Below are positions 27,698 through 37,427 of a DNA stretch of 64,000 bases, in pieces. Location: positions 13,306 to 77,305 of the forward strand of contig CAZWKQ010000012.1 of the NCBI GenBank assembly GCA_964634005.1, in the 5' to 3' direction. The notes under the pieces are model-generated. The model did no database searches and was not told the origin of the DNA. It worked only from the letters and a program-made list of their open reading frames with translations. Both the position numbers and the translations under genes were made by a program. How positions within the stretch are numbered: position 1 is the stretch's first letter; each line of letters starts with the position of its first letter. Origin of the DNA: an uncultured Bacteroides sp. Its GTDB lineage: Bacteria; Bacteroidota; Bacteroidia; Bacteroidales; JACABE01.

Positions 27698-29179
27698 TCA
27701 ACTTTTCTCAGATTTGGCAGATTTTATTAAGCAATTTTGAACCAATTCAAAATCACCTTCTTTATCGGCAATAACCATTAATTTATCCTTTTCCTTGATA
27801 ATAGTAGAACCACTTGGTCTTATATATTCGCCATTTCTTATTATCATAACAATAAATGCTGATTTTGGAAAATTCAAATCTACAATTCTCTTATTGACTG
27901 CTTTACAATCGGGCGAAATTTCATACTCTTTCAATAACGATTTCGGAAGGTCTAAAATTATCTTTTCAGTTTCAGAAATTGGTTTCACTTTTTCAGGCAA
28001 TGCAACATTAAACCACTTTGCAACTACTGATAATGTTGTGCCTTGAATTATAACCGAAGTAACAGAAATAAAAAAAACTATATTGAAAATCATATTTGCT
28101 TTGTCAATTCCTGCCAGTAGAGGATATGTAGCAAAAACAATAGGTACGGCACCACGCAATCCAACCCAGGAAATATAAAAACGCCTTTGAATTCGCATTT
28201 TAAAAAAGATAAGACTTAAAAAAACGCTAACAGGTCTTGCTACAAAGATTAAAAACAGAGAAATTAAAAGTCCGATTCCTATGTATGGAACAATTTGAGA
28301 TGGGAAAACCAGCAAACCCAAGGTTAGAAAGAGAACTATTTGCATTAGCCATGCCATACCATCATACATTTTAAAAATGGTTTTCTTGTGTATTAACTCC
28401 TGATTACCAAGGTAAACCGCACAAATGTATATTGCAAGAAATCCGTTACCACCAACAAAATCTGTCGCAGAAAATGTGATAAACATCAACGAAATAACTA
28501 AAACCGGATAAAGACCTTCAAAATCGAGTTTAATTTTATTGATTATAAATTTACTGAGTCTCCCGAATAAAGTACCGGCTAATCCTCCTAAAATCATTTG
28601 TTGTAAAAACAAAGGAATAATTGATAAAACGTTTTTATCTTGATTGACCACTAATGACAAAAAAGCAATCGTCAATACATAAGCCATAGGGTCGTTGCTT
28701 CCGCTTTCTAATTCTAAGGTTGGACGCAAATTCGATTTTAAAGCCAGACTTTTAGAACGCAGAATTGAAAAAACAGCCGCAGCATCGGTAGATGAAACAA
28801 TAGAACCCAACAACATACTTTCATATATCGTAAAATCAGTAGTAAACCACACAAAAGCCCCTATTGATAAAGCAGTTAACAATACACCCAAAGTTGATAA
28901 AACAAGTCCTTCTTTTAATATAGGCTTTACTGAATTCCAGTTAGTTTCAAGTCCACCCGAAAATAATATAAAATTCAGAGCTACTACTCCGATAAATTGT
29001 GCTATTTGAGGATTATCAAAATTAATTTTGCCAATACCTTCAGAACCTGCTAACATTCCTATTGCTAAAAAAAGCAACAATGTAGGAACTCCAAACCTAA
29101 AAGATGTTTTACTGACAATAATGCTGACAAAAAGTAATAAAGAGCCAACCAAAAGTATATTTTCAATGGTTATATTCAT
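27698..29179 (-). CDS. cvrA: K+/H+ antiporter (NhaP2/CvrA) with C-terminal TrkA_C (RCK_C) domain
   Basis: SSTDAAAVFS, LELESGSNDPMA, WVGLRGAVPI; C-terminal RCK_C (IRNGEYIRPSGST). Confidence 0.9.
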   Translation of the reverse strand: MNITIENILLVGSLLLFVSIIVSKTSFRFGVPTLLLFLAIGMLAGSEGIGKINFDNPQIAQFIGVVALNFILFSGGLETNWNSVKPILKEGLVLSTLGVLLTALSIGAFVWFTTDFTIYESMLLGSIVSSTDAAAVFSILRSKSLALKSNLRPTLELESGSNDPMAYVLTIAFLSLVVNQDKNVLSIIPLFLQQMILGGLAGTLFGRLSKFIINKIKLDFEGLYPVLVISLMFITFSATDFVGGNGFLAIYICAVYLGNQELIHKKTIFKMYDGMAWLMQIVLFLTLGLLVFPSQIVPYIGIGLLISLFLIFVARPVSVFLSLIFFKMRIQRRFYISWVGLRGAVPIVFATYPLLAGIDKANMIFNIVFFISVTSVIIQGTTLSVVAKWFNVALPEKVKPISETEKIILDLPKSLLKEYEISPDCKAVNKRIVDLNFPKSAFIVMIIRNGEYIRPSGSTIIKEKDKLMVIADKEGDFELVQNCLIKSAKSEKS

Positions 29180-29246
29180 TAATTAAATATTTTAATAATT
29201 TATCAAATGCCAACAATTTATAAAGCTCAGTATTACAGCAATTTAA

Positions 29247-30359
29247 TCATTCATCTATTCGAATATTGTATCCGCCCTTAGTCAATATCATTCCATCAAT
29301 TTTATTATCCAAAACTTCAAAATAATCGTTAAACTCTTTTCCGATACTTATTTGATGTTTTATAAAAAAATATTTGCCATCGGCTTGTTTATTTAACACT
29401 AATATATAATTTTTATTGCTCGATTTAATTAAGGCACTCTTTGGTAAAACATAAGTTTTGGTAGTATCGGTTATTATTTCCCCTTCAATAAAAGAATTTG
29501 CTATAGGTGCAATAGAAAGATTATTTATTGATGCATAGCATGATATTGATTTTGTTTCATTATCGACAGCTGCACCTACAGAACTCAAAGTAGCATATTG
29601 AGCTTCGTTTTTGCCTGCAAATCTGAACCTTACACTTTGTCCTTTTTTAACTTTCTCTATTTCATTGGCAAAAACTGACAATTTTATTTGAAGCAAGCTC
29701 GGATTGATAATTTCCATCAGTTCAAATTGAGAATCAACATAACTTCCGATTGTTGCCTTAGAGTTGTATATAATTCCATTTATTGGAGCTTTAATAAAAT
29801 ATGATGAATAAAATTCTCCATTTTCAATTTTTAAAGGATTTAGTCCGATTGATTCAATTTTAAGTTTTAAACCTGAATATTTTGCCATTGAAATTTTATA
29901 GTCTGTTTCAATAGCAATAAAATCTTTTTCGGAAGTAACTTTCTCATTGTAAAGTAATTTTATTCTGTTATATTCAGTTTTCAACCTTTTGTTATTTGCC
30001 GCTGCTTCTGCAAATTCTTTTTGAATTTCAATTATTTCGTTACCGCTTATCTCTATAAGTGGTTGATTTTTATTAACCGACTGACCATTAATACATTTAA
30101 TATTTTTTATAATACCGTTTAAAGGTGCATTAATTTTGGCAATTCCATCGGGCAATGGAACCAATATACCATTACACTTTACAATATCTTCAAAGACTTT
30201 GTTCTCGACTTTTCCAAGATGCATAGAATCGGTTTCGAACTGTTGTTCGGTAATTTCAATAAAATCTGATGCTTTCTCAGCTGTTTCTTGCTTATTGCCA
30301 CAGGCAAAAACTATAAAAATTGAAACGGTTATAAATAATCGATAATTAATCATTTTCAT
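29247..30359 (-). CDS. RND efflux periplasmic adaptor (CzcB/CusB-like), lipoprotein
   Basis: Lipobox VFAC; lipoyl-like/barrel-sandwich segments; G..V..GQ; LPKSALI. Confidence 0.88.
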   Translation of the reverse strand: MKMINYRLFITVSIFIVFACGNKQETAEKASDFIEITEQQFETDSMHLGKVENKVFEDIVKCNGILVPLPDGIAKINAPLNGIIKNIKCINGQSVNKNQPLIEISGNEIIEIQKEFAEAAANNKRLKTEYNRIKLLYNEKVTSEKDFIAIETDYKISMAKYSGLKLKIESIGLNPLKIENGEFYSSYFIKAPINGIIYNSKATIGSYVDSQFELMEIINPSLLQIKLSVFANEIEKVKKGQSVRFRFAGKNEAQYATLSSVGAAVDNETKSISCYASINNLSIAPIANSFIEGEIITDTTKTYVLPKSALIKSSNKNYILVLNKQADGKYFFIKHQISIGKEFNDYFEVLDNKIDGMILTKGGYNIRIDE

Positions 30360-30365
30360 ACAGTT

Positions 30366-33300
30366 CTATTTTGATAAATAATTAAGTTCAAGTGTAACAT
30401 TGTTATAATCAATAAGGTTATTTAAATAGTCAAGCCTAATTCGAAGGGCTGTTTCGATACTTGTTACAAATTTCAGATAATCAATCTCTCCATTTTCGAA
30501 ACTTAGTTTAGCAGTTCTGTAGATTTCATTGTAAAGTTTATCTCCTGTTTCGTTATAATAATTAATTAGTTCTTTAAGCTTAAAGTGAGTATTTAACAAT
30601 TCCTTTTGTTTTACTTTAAGAAGTTCTAATTCATATTCAGTAAGGTTTTTAGAAGAATTTGTCGCAAAAACAGACGCTTTAATCCTTGATTTTTGCGCAT
30701 TAAAGAAAATGGGGACAGAAATTCCCGCTTCAAATCCGTAATAATTTTTTGAATTTTGATAAGAGTTAGTTCCAATAAAGTAATTAAAAGAAATATCAGG
30801 CAATAGTTTATTCTTTTCAATATTAATTTTAGCAGCATTCAAATTTTCCTGATTTTTTAACCATAAATAGTATGGAGAAGATTCGGCAGCTTTATTGGCA
30901 AGTTGTAATATTTTAATTTCGGAAGACACAACAAAAGAACTGTCGTAACCCATTAATGCCTTAAGTTTTGTAGTAGAATTTTCAATTCTGTATTTTAATT
31001 CGCTCAACTGAATTTTTAGTTCTTGCTGTTTGGCTTTTATGTTCAGTAAATCGAGATTTGTTATATCGCCTTTGCTATTCCTGACAATAGCTCCTTTTAA
31101 AATGTTATTATAAAGACTGTCAATTTTTTCAAGAATTTTCGACTTTTCAATTAATACCTGAATTTCGATAAAATTTTGAGATACCTGTTTGATTAGACTT
31201 TCGGTTTTAATTTTCAGTTCTGTTTCAGCAATATTAAGCTCTATTCGTTTTGCTTTTAATTCGGCAGTATAAAGAGTTGGGAAATTGAAATTTTGAGTAA
31301 CACCCCAAACCTTCAATGGAAAGCCGTTCTCTGCTATATTATTTTGGTCATAACCATAAGATATAGTTGTTTTATCGAAATCGAATGCGGTTGATATAAG
31401 TGCTTTTTGCTCATCTGTTTTTAATAAATATGCTTTTATTTCTTTATTGTTTTGCAAAGCAATATTTACGGCATCATCAATTTTAAGTTCTTTATTTTGA
31501 GCAAAAACGGAAAAAGAAGAAAATATTATCAATAAAGAAACAATACATTGTTTTGATCTGATAAATCTTAAAGGGAAAAATTTTATTCCAACAACATTAT
31601 AAAATATTTCGAATAAAAGCGGGAGAGCAATCATAGTGAGCATAGTAGAAGTAACCAGACCACCGATAACAACTGTAGCCAAAGGACGTTGTACTTCAGC
31701 TCCGGCGCCGTTAGATACTGCCATTGGCAAAAATCCCATTGCTGCAGCTCCTGCTGTAAGCATAACCGGTCGAAGTCTGTCTTTTGTACCTTGAATAATT
31801 AAATCTCGCATACAATTAGTTCCATTGTGTTTTAATTCCTTTAAATGCTCAATAAGAACAATACCGTTAAGCACTGCTATACCGAATAATGCTATAAATC
31901 CAATACCTGCAGAAACACTAAAAGGCATTCCTCTCAACCATAAAAGCAAAACACCGCCAACAGTTGCTAAAGGAATTGCAGTAAAAATCATTATTGCATC
32001 TTTAAACGACCTGAATGCAAAATGCAGGAATATAAATATAAGCAGAAGCGCAACCGGTACAGCAATTAGCAATCGGTTTGTCGCTTTCTGAAGATTTTCA
32101 AATTGCCCACCGTATGCTATATAAGTACCCGGTTTTAAATTGATATTTTTGTTGATTTTTTCCTGAATATCCATTACCACTGATTGCAGGTCTCTATTTC
32201 TTACATTAACACTAACAACCACTCGCCTATGAGTATTCTCTCTCGAAATCTTAGCAGGTCCTTCGGCATATTGTATATCGGCCAGTTCGGCTAATGGAAT
32301 TTGACTTCCGTTAGGTATAGGCACTCTTAGTTGTCTGATATCCTCTATGTCAGTTCTGTTTTGGCTGTCGAAACGAACAACCAAATCGAATCGTTTTTCG
32401 CCTTCAAAAACTACTCCCGAAATTCTTCCTGCAAAAGCAGTAGATATGTAATTATTAAGAGTTTTTATGTCAACTCCGTAATATGCTATTTTATCTCGAT
32501 TATAATCAATTTTAATTTGCGGCAGCCCTGCTGTTTTTTCCATAATTATGTCGCTTGCTCCAGGAATTCCTTCAATTAAACCTTTTATTTCAATAGCTTT
32601 TTTGTTAATGTAATCCAAATCATCACCAAAAATTTTAATTGCTATATCGGAACGTACACCTGTAATTAGCTCATTAAAACGCATTTCAATAGGTTGAGTA
32701 AACTCATATTCTATACCCGGAATTGCCGAAAGTGCTTTTTTAAATTTATCGGCCAATTCTTCTTTAGTTTTAGCACTTGTCCAACTCTTACGAGGTTTAA
32801 GTTTAATTATCATATCTATCTCTTCCATCGACATTGGGTCGGTTGGAACTTCTGCTGCTCCTATTCTACTGACTACTTTATCAACTTCAGGAAAGTTATT
32901 TTTCAATATCTGTTCCATTTTGGTAGTTGTTTCAATAGTTTTCGATAATGATGTTCCTGTTTTTAAAACAGGTTGAATAACAAAATCGCCTTCATCCAAA
33001 GTAGGGACAAATTCTCCTCCTATTCGTGTGAAAAGGAAAGCAGTTAAAAGTAAAGATACTAATGCAGCTCCAAGCACAATTCTTTTATGTGAACAAGCCC
33101 AATGAATTACCGGAGAATAAGATTTATGAGCCAATCCCATTATTCGGTCTGAAATATTTTTCTTCTTTGAATTTGAAGGCTTTAGAAATAATGAAGATGC
33201 AACAGGTAGCCAAGTTAATCCCATTATCATTGCTCCAATAATTGCAAAACAAAATGATAAAGACATAGGTCTGAACATTTTCCCTTCAACACCGGTTAAT

Positions 33301-34706
33301 GAGAGAATAGGAATAAATACTATCAAAATAATAATTTGACCGAATATTGCAGACTCCATCATTTTCGAAGCTCCATCAAATGATATGGTATCCATAATTT
33401 TTCGACGTTCTTCTCCCGTGGAATTTTCAATGTCATTTTTCTTGATTGAAATTTTTAAAACGATAAATTCAACAATAATAACAGCTCCATCAATTATAAT
33501 CCCAAAGTCAAGTGCGCCTAAACTCATAAGATTGGCATCTATTCCGAAAATATACATCATCGATATTGTAAAAAGCAGTGCAAGCGGAATAATTGAAGTT
33601 ATAACAAGTGCCGAACGTATATTCCCAAGTATAAGAATTACTGTAATCATAACTATTAGAGCACCTAATAACAAATTTTCAACAACAGTAAATGTTGTTT
33701 TGGCAACAAGTTCACTTCTATCAACAATGGGATTAATATAAACACCTTCCGGAAGATTTTTCTGAATCTCGGCAACTCGTTTTTTTACTTCCGAAATAAC
33801 ATCTTTAGAATTTGCATTTTTGAGCATCATTACCTGCCCCAATATCGTTTCGCCTTTGCCGTTTGCTGTAATTGCTCCGTATCTGTTGGCATGTCCGAAT
33901 TTTACTTTTGCCAGATTTTTGATTAAAATCGGAGTGCCATTCACATTTTTAACAACAATATTTTCAATATCTTCTATCGATTTAACCTGTCCATCACCTC
34001 TTATAAAATAACTTTGATTTACTTTCTCGATGTATGAGCCTCCAGATATACTGTTATTGGCTTCCAACGCATCAAATACCTCCATCAGGGTAACGTTTAT
34101 GGCTGTCAATTGTGCGGGATTAATAGCAACTTCGTATTGTTTTAAATATCCACCCCAGCTGTTTATTTCAACTACACCATTAATTCCTGATAATCGTCTT
34201 TTAATAACCCAATCTTGAATTGTACGCAAATCGGTAGCCGAATATTTGCTTTCATAACCTTCTTTAGTATCAAGTGTGTATTGATATATTTCTCCAAGCC
34301 CTGTTGTGATTGGCCCCATTTCGGGTTCTCCAAAACCTTCCGGTATTTTGGCTGTTGCACTTTTTATTTTCTCGGCTATAAGCTGACGAGGAAGGTAAGT
34401 GCCTAATTTTTCATCAAATACAATTGTAACTAGAGAAATACCAAATTTCGAAACCGAACGAATTTCTTTAACACCTGGCAGGTTTGCCATCTCCATTTCT
34501 ACAGGGGCAGTAATGTATTGTTCTATCTCCTGAGTTGATAAGTTACTCGAAGTTGTTATTACCTGAACCTGATTATTGGTAATATCCGGTACTGCTCCTA
34601 CCGATATTTTTAATACAGCATAAAGACCAAAAGCTGCAATAGTTATTGTAAATAAAATTACTATGAGTTTATTTCTAATGCTGAAGTTTATTATTTTTTC
34701 AAGCAT
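30366..34706 (-). CDS. czcA: CusA/CzcA heavy-metal RND pump fused to a C-terminal TolC-like outer-membrane factor
   Basis: AVPDITNNQVQV, GALDFGIIIDGAVII, RLRPVMLTA, EVQRPLATVVIGG; about 400 aa OEP-like C-terminal extension. Confidence 0.93.
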   Translation of the reverse strand: MLEKIINFSIRNKLIVILFTITIAAFGLYAVLKISVGAVPDITNNQVQVITTSSNLSTQEIEQYITAPVEMEMANLPGVKEIRSVSKFGISLVTIVFDEKLGTYLPRQLIAEKIKSATAKIPEGFGEPEMGPITTGLGEIYQYTLDTKEGYESKYSATDLRTIQDWVIKRRLSGINGVVEINSWGGYLKQYEVAINPAQLTAINVTLMEVFDALEANNSISGGSYIEKVNQSYFIRGDGQVKSIEDIENIVVKNVNGTPILIKNLAKVKFGHANRYGAITANGKGETILGQVMMLKNANSKDVISEVKKRVAEIQKNLPEGVYINPIVDRSELVAKTTFTVVENLLLGALIVMITVILILGNIRSALVITSIIPLALLFTISMMYIFGIDANLMSLGALDFGIIIDGAVIIVEFIVLKISIKKNDIENSTGEERRKIMDTISFDGASKMMESAIFGQIIILIVFIPILSLTGVEGKMFRPMSLSFCFAIIGAMIMGLTWLPVASSLFLKPSNSKKKNISDRIMGLAHKSYSPVIHWACSHKRIVLGAALVSLLLTAFLFTRIGGEFVPTLDEGDFVIQPVLKTGTSLSKTIETTTKMEQILKNNFPEVDKVVSRIGAAEVPTDPMSMEEIDMIIKLKPRKSWTSAKTKEELADKFKKALSAIPGIEYEFTQPIEMRFNELITGVRSDIAIKIFGDDLDYINKKAIEIKGLIEGIPGASDIIMEKTAGLPQIKIDYNRDKIAYYGVDIKTLNNYISTAFAGRISGVVFEGEKRFDLVVRFDSQNRTDIEDIRQLRVPIPNGSQIPLAELADIQYAEGPAKISRENTHRRVVVSVNVRNRDLQSVVMDIQEKINKNINLKPGTYIAYGGQFENLQKATNRLLIAVPVALLLIFIFLHFAFRSFKDAIMIFTAIPLATVGGVLLLWLRGMPFSVSAGIGFIALFGIAVLNGIVLIEHLKELKHNGTNCMRDLIIQGTKDRLRPVMLTAGAAAMGFLPMAVSNGAGAEVQRPLATVVIGGLVTSTMLTMIALPLLFEIFYNVVGIKFFPLRFIRSKQCIVSLLIIFSSFSVFAQNKELKIDDAVNIALQNNKEIKAYLLKTDEQKALISTAFDFDKTTISYGYDQNNIAENGFPLKVWGVTQNFNFPTLYTAELKAKRIELNIAETELKIKTESLIKQVSQNFIEIQVLIEKSKILEKIDSLYNNILKGAIVRNSKGDITNLDLLNIKAKQQELKIQLSELKYRIENSTTKLKALMGYDSSFVVSSEIKILQLANKAAESSPYYLWLKNQENLNAAKINIEKNKLLPDISFNYFIGTNSYQNSKNYYGFEAGISVPIFFNAQKSRIKASVFATNSSKNLTEYELELLKVKQKELLNTHFKLKELINYYNETGDKLYNEIYRTAKLSFENGEIDYLKFVTSIETALRIRLDYLNNLIDYNNVTLELNYLSK

Positions 34707-34872
34707 AATAGTTTGTTATTTTTCAGAGTCAATATTAAAATGTAGGAATTTATCTAATTAAATTTGCTGTAAATTTAATAAACATTTAAACAATATTACA
34801 GCATTTTCTAATAAAATTTATTATTTGTATATTCAAGTATTTTTTACACTTTTTATAAAGTGAAGTGAGTAA

Positions 34873-34923
34873 TAAAAAAAAGTGGTTATAATTATTTTTT
34901 AAATCCAACAATTACAACCACTT
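34873..34923 (-). terminator. Rho-independent terminator downstream of recA
   Basis: Minus strand AAGTGGTTGTAATTGT...ATAATTATAACCACTT forms a ~16-bp stem with G-U pairs, followed by a T-run. Confidence 0.6.
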
Positions 34924-35081
34924 AGTAACAAATTATTTTAACCCAATTTAATCGTCTGAATAGCTAAGCGTTTCTTTATAAAAAACTACTGATAATTTTT
35001 CAAGTTTATCCAAACCAGAAAATCAAACCTTTTCAATATAATCAAAGATTAAAATTTTTCTGAATAATTATCATAAAAAAG

Positions 35082-36092
35082 TTAAGCAATGGCCTCTTTA
35101 ATTTTAATTTCAAGCTCTTCGGCAAGTTCGGGATTATCGATAAGCAATTGTTTTACGGCATCTCTACCCTGCCCTAATTTTGTATCGCCGTAGCTAAACC
35201 ATGAGCCGCTTTTTTTAATGAGATTTAAACTTACACCTAAGTCGATAATTTCGCCAATTTTTGAAAATCCTTCCCCATAAAGCAAATCAAACTCGGCAGT
35301 TCTGAAAGGAGGTGCAACTTTATTCTTTACAACTTTAACTTTAACTCGGTTACCGGTAACATTTTCGCCATCTTTAATCTGCGATATTTTACGAATATCC
35401 AATCGTACAGAAGCATAAAATTTCAGGGCGTTTCCACCTGTAGTGGTTTCGGGGTTTCCAAACATTACACCAATTTTTTCGCGCAACTGATTGATAAAAA
35501 TGCAACAACAATTTGTTTTGCTGATAGTTGCAGTCAATTTACGAAGAGCCTGAGACATAAGTCGGGCTTGAAGACCCATTTTCGAATCACCCATCTCTCC
35601 TTCAATTTCACTCTTAGGAGTTAATGCGGCTACCGAGTCAATAACAATTATATCAATAGCACCCGAACGAATCAAATTTTCAGCTATTTCGAGGGCTTGC
35701 TCTCCGTTATCAGGCTGCGATACCAACAGATTATCAATATCAACCCCAAGTTTTTTTGCGTAAAAACTGTCGAATGCATGTTCAGCATCTATAAAAGCAG
35801 CAATACCTCCGAGCTTTTGAGCTTCAGCAATTGCATGTATCGCTAATGTGGTTTTACCTGATGATTCAGGCCCAAAAATCTCTATTACTCTGCCTTTTGG
35901 GAGACCTCCTATACCTAAAGCAATATCCAAACTTATTGAACCTGTAGGAATTACTTCAACACTTTCTACGGGATTATCACCTAATTTCATAATTGAACCT
36001 TTACCATAGTTCTTTTCTATCTTATCTATGGTTAGTTGCAAAGCTTTCAGCTTTTCTTTTTTGTCTTGGTTTTCCATTTGTTCTTTACTCAT
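35082..36092 (-). CDS. recA: Recombinase RecA
   Basis: [41 protein letters not shown]. Confidence 0.99.
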   Translation of the reverse strand: MSKEQMENQDKKEKLKALQLTIDKIEKNYGKGSIMKLGDNPVESVEVIPTGSISLDIALGIGGLPKGRVIEIFGPESSGKTTLAIHAIAEAQKLGGIAAFIDAEHAFDSFYAKKLGVDIDNLLVSQPDNGEQALEIAENLIRSGAIDIIVIDSVAALTPKSEIEGEMGDSKMGLQARLMSQALRKLTATISKTNCCCIFINQLREKIGVMFGNPETTTGGNALKFYASVRLDIRKISQIKDGENVTGNRVKVKVVKNKVAPPFRTAEFDLLYGEGFSKIGEIIDLGVSLNLIKKSGSWFSYGDTKLGQGRDAVKQLLIDNPELAEELEIKIKEAIA

Positions 36093-36116
36093 TAGTTTAA
36101 TATTAATTTCCTTAAA

Positions 36117-36575
36117 TTATTTTCGTTTTATAATCTGATTTGTATGATTCTTTGTATCAACCTTTTCAATGATTTCTTCAATTTTTCCTTCTTCATCAAT
36201 TATGAATGTAGTTCTTATTATCCCGTCAAATGTTTTACCCATAAACTTTTTTTGTCCCCAAACACCATAATCCATAATAATCTTTTTTTCGACATCAGCA
36301 ATTAACGGAAATGGAAGTTGAAATTTTTCGGTAAACTTTTTATGCGATGCCTCATTATCAGCACTAATACCTATAACTTTATAACCATTTTTGAGCAAAT
36401 ATTCATAGTTATCTCTCAAATTGCATGCTTCTGCAGTACAACCGGGTGTATTATCCTTAGGGTAAAAATAAATTACAACCTTACTGCCTCTTAAACTGCT
36501 TAAATCAACAGGATTTCCAAACTGATCTACAGCATTAATTTCCGGGGCGATATCGCCTATTTTTAACTTTTTCAT
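36117..36575 (-). CDS. bcp: Peroxiredoxin Bcp/PrxQ
   Basis: YFYPKDNTPGCTAEAC. Confidence 0.95.
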   Translation of the reverse strand: MKKLKIGDIAPEINAVDQFGNPVDLSSLRGSKVVIYFYPKDNTPGCTAEACNLRDNYEYLLKNGYKVIGISADNEASHKKFTEKFQLPFPLIADVEKKIIMDYGVWGQKKFMGKTFDGIIRTTFIIDEEGKIEEIIEKVDTKNHTNQIIKRK

Positions 36576-36688
36576 TTTTTTTAATATTTAAGCTACAAAT
36601 TTAAACCAAAAAATAATAATTACGAAATAAAAACACTTTTTCAAAAAATGCTTAATTTTGTTTTTTAACTAATTTTTCTTTCTGATAT

Positions 36689-37411
36689 ATGACTAAAAAA
36701 ATTGACATTTTTGTTCCTTGTTTTATCGACCAATTTTATCCTAATACTGCGGTAAACATGGTAAAAATACTCGAAAAACTTGGTTTCGAAGTTTATTACA
36801 ACACAAATCAAACATGTTGCGGGCAGGTAGCTTTCAACTCGGGATATTGGGACGAAGCAAAAGAATTCGGGATAAAATTTCTCAAAGATTTTCCAAACGA
36901 AAGATATATAGTAGGAGGTTCTGCTTCGTGCATCGGATTTATAAGAAATCACTACGCAAAGCTGTTTCATAACACACCATATCACCTTGAATTCAAAAAA
37001 ATTCAAAAAAATATATTCGAATTTTGCGACTTTTTGGTAAATGTATTAAGAATTGTTGACGTTGGAGCTGTTTTTAACCATACCGTAACCTATCATGATT
37101 CATGCGCTGCATTGAGAGAATACGGTATAAGTCTTGAAATGCGAATTCTGCTTGAAAATGTCAAGGGATTGAAGTTGATAGAAATGAAAGAAAGTGATAT
37201 GTGTTGTGGTTTTGGTGGTACTTTTTCGGCAAATTTTGAAAGTATATCAACTGCTTTGGCAATGAGAAAGGTTGAAAATGCTCTTGAAACAGGTGCTGAA
37301 TATATAGTTTCAACTGATGCTTCTTGTTTGATGAATCTTCAGGCATTTATTGATAAAAATTCGTTGCCTATAAAATGTATTCATATAATTGATTTGCTTG
37401 CAAGTCAATAA
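36689..37411 (+). CDS. CCG-domain Fe-S protein (LutA/YkgE family)
   Basis: PCFIDQFYP, QTCCGQ, TYHDSC, CCGFGGTF, DASCLM. Confidence 0.88.
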   Translation: MTKKIDIFVPCFIDQFYPNTAVNMVKILEKLGFEVYYNTNQTCCGQVAFNSGYWDEAKEFGIKFLKDFPNERYIVGGSASCIGFIRNHYAKLFHNTPYHLEFKKIQKNIFEFCDFLVNVLRIVDVGAVFNHTVTYHDSCAALREYGISLEMRILLENVKGLKLIEMKESDMCCGFGGTFSANFESISTALAMRKVENALETGAEYIVSTDASCLMNLQAFIDKNSLPIKCIHIIDLLASQ

Positions 37412-37427
37412 AACAGCCTAACGCTAA

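Noticed and set aside
34707-35081. 375-bp intergenic region as a possible NiCo riboswitch, sRNA or small ORF
   Set aside because: No G-rich four-way-junction signature or credible ORF; explained by the recA terminator and czcA promoter.
36093-36688. SOS/LexA box upstream of bcp-recA (also checked before uvrA)
   Set aside because: No recognisable conserved palindrome was found.
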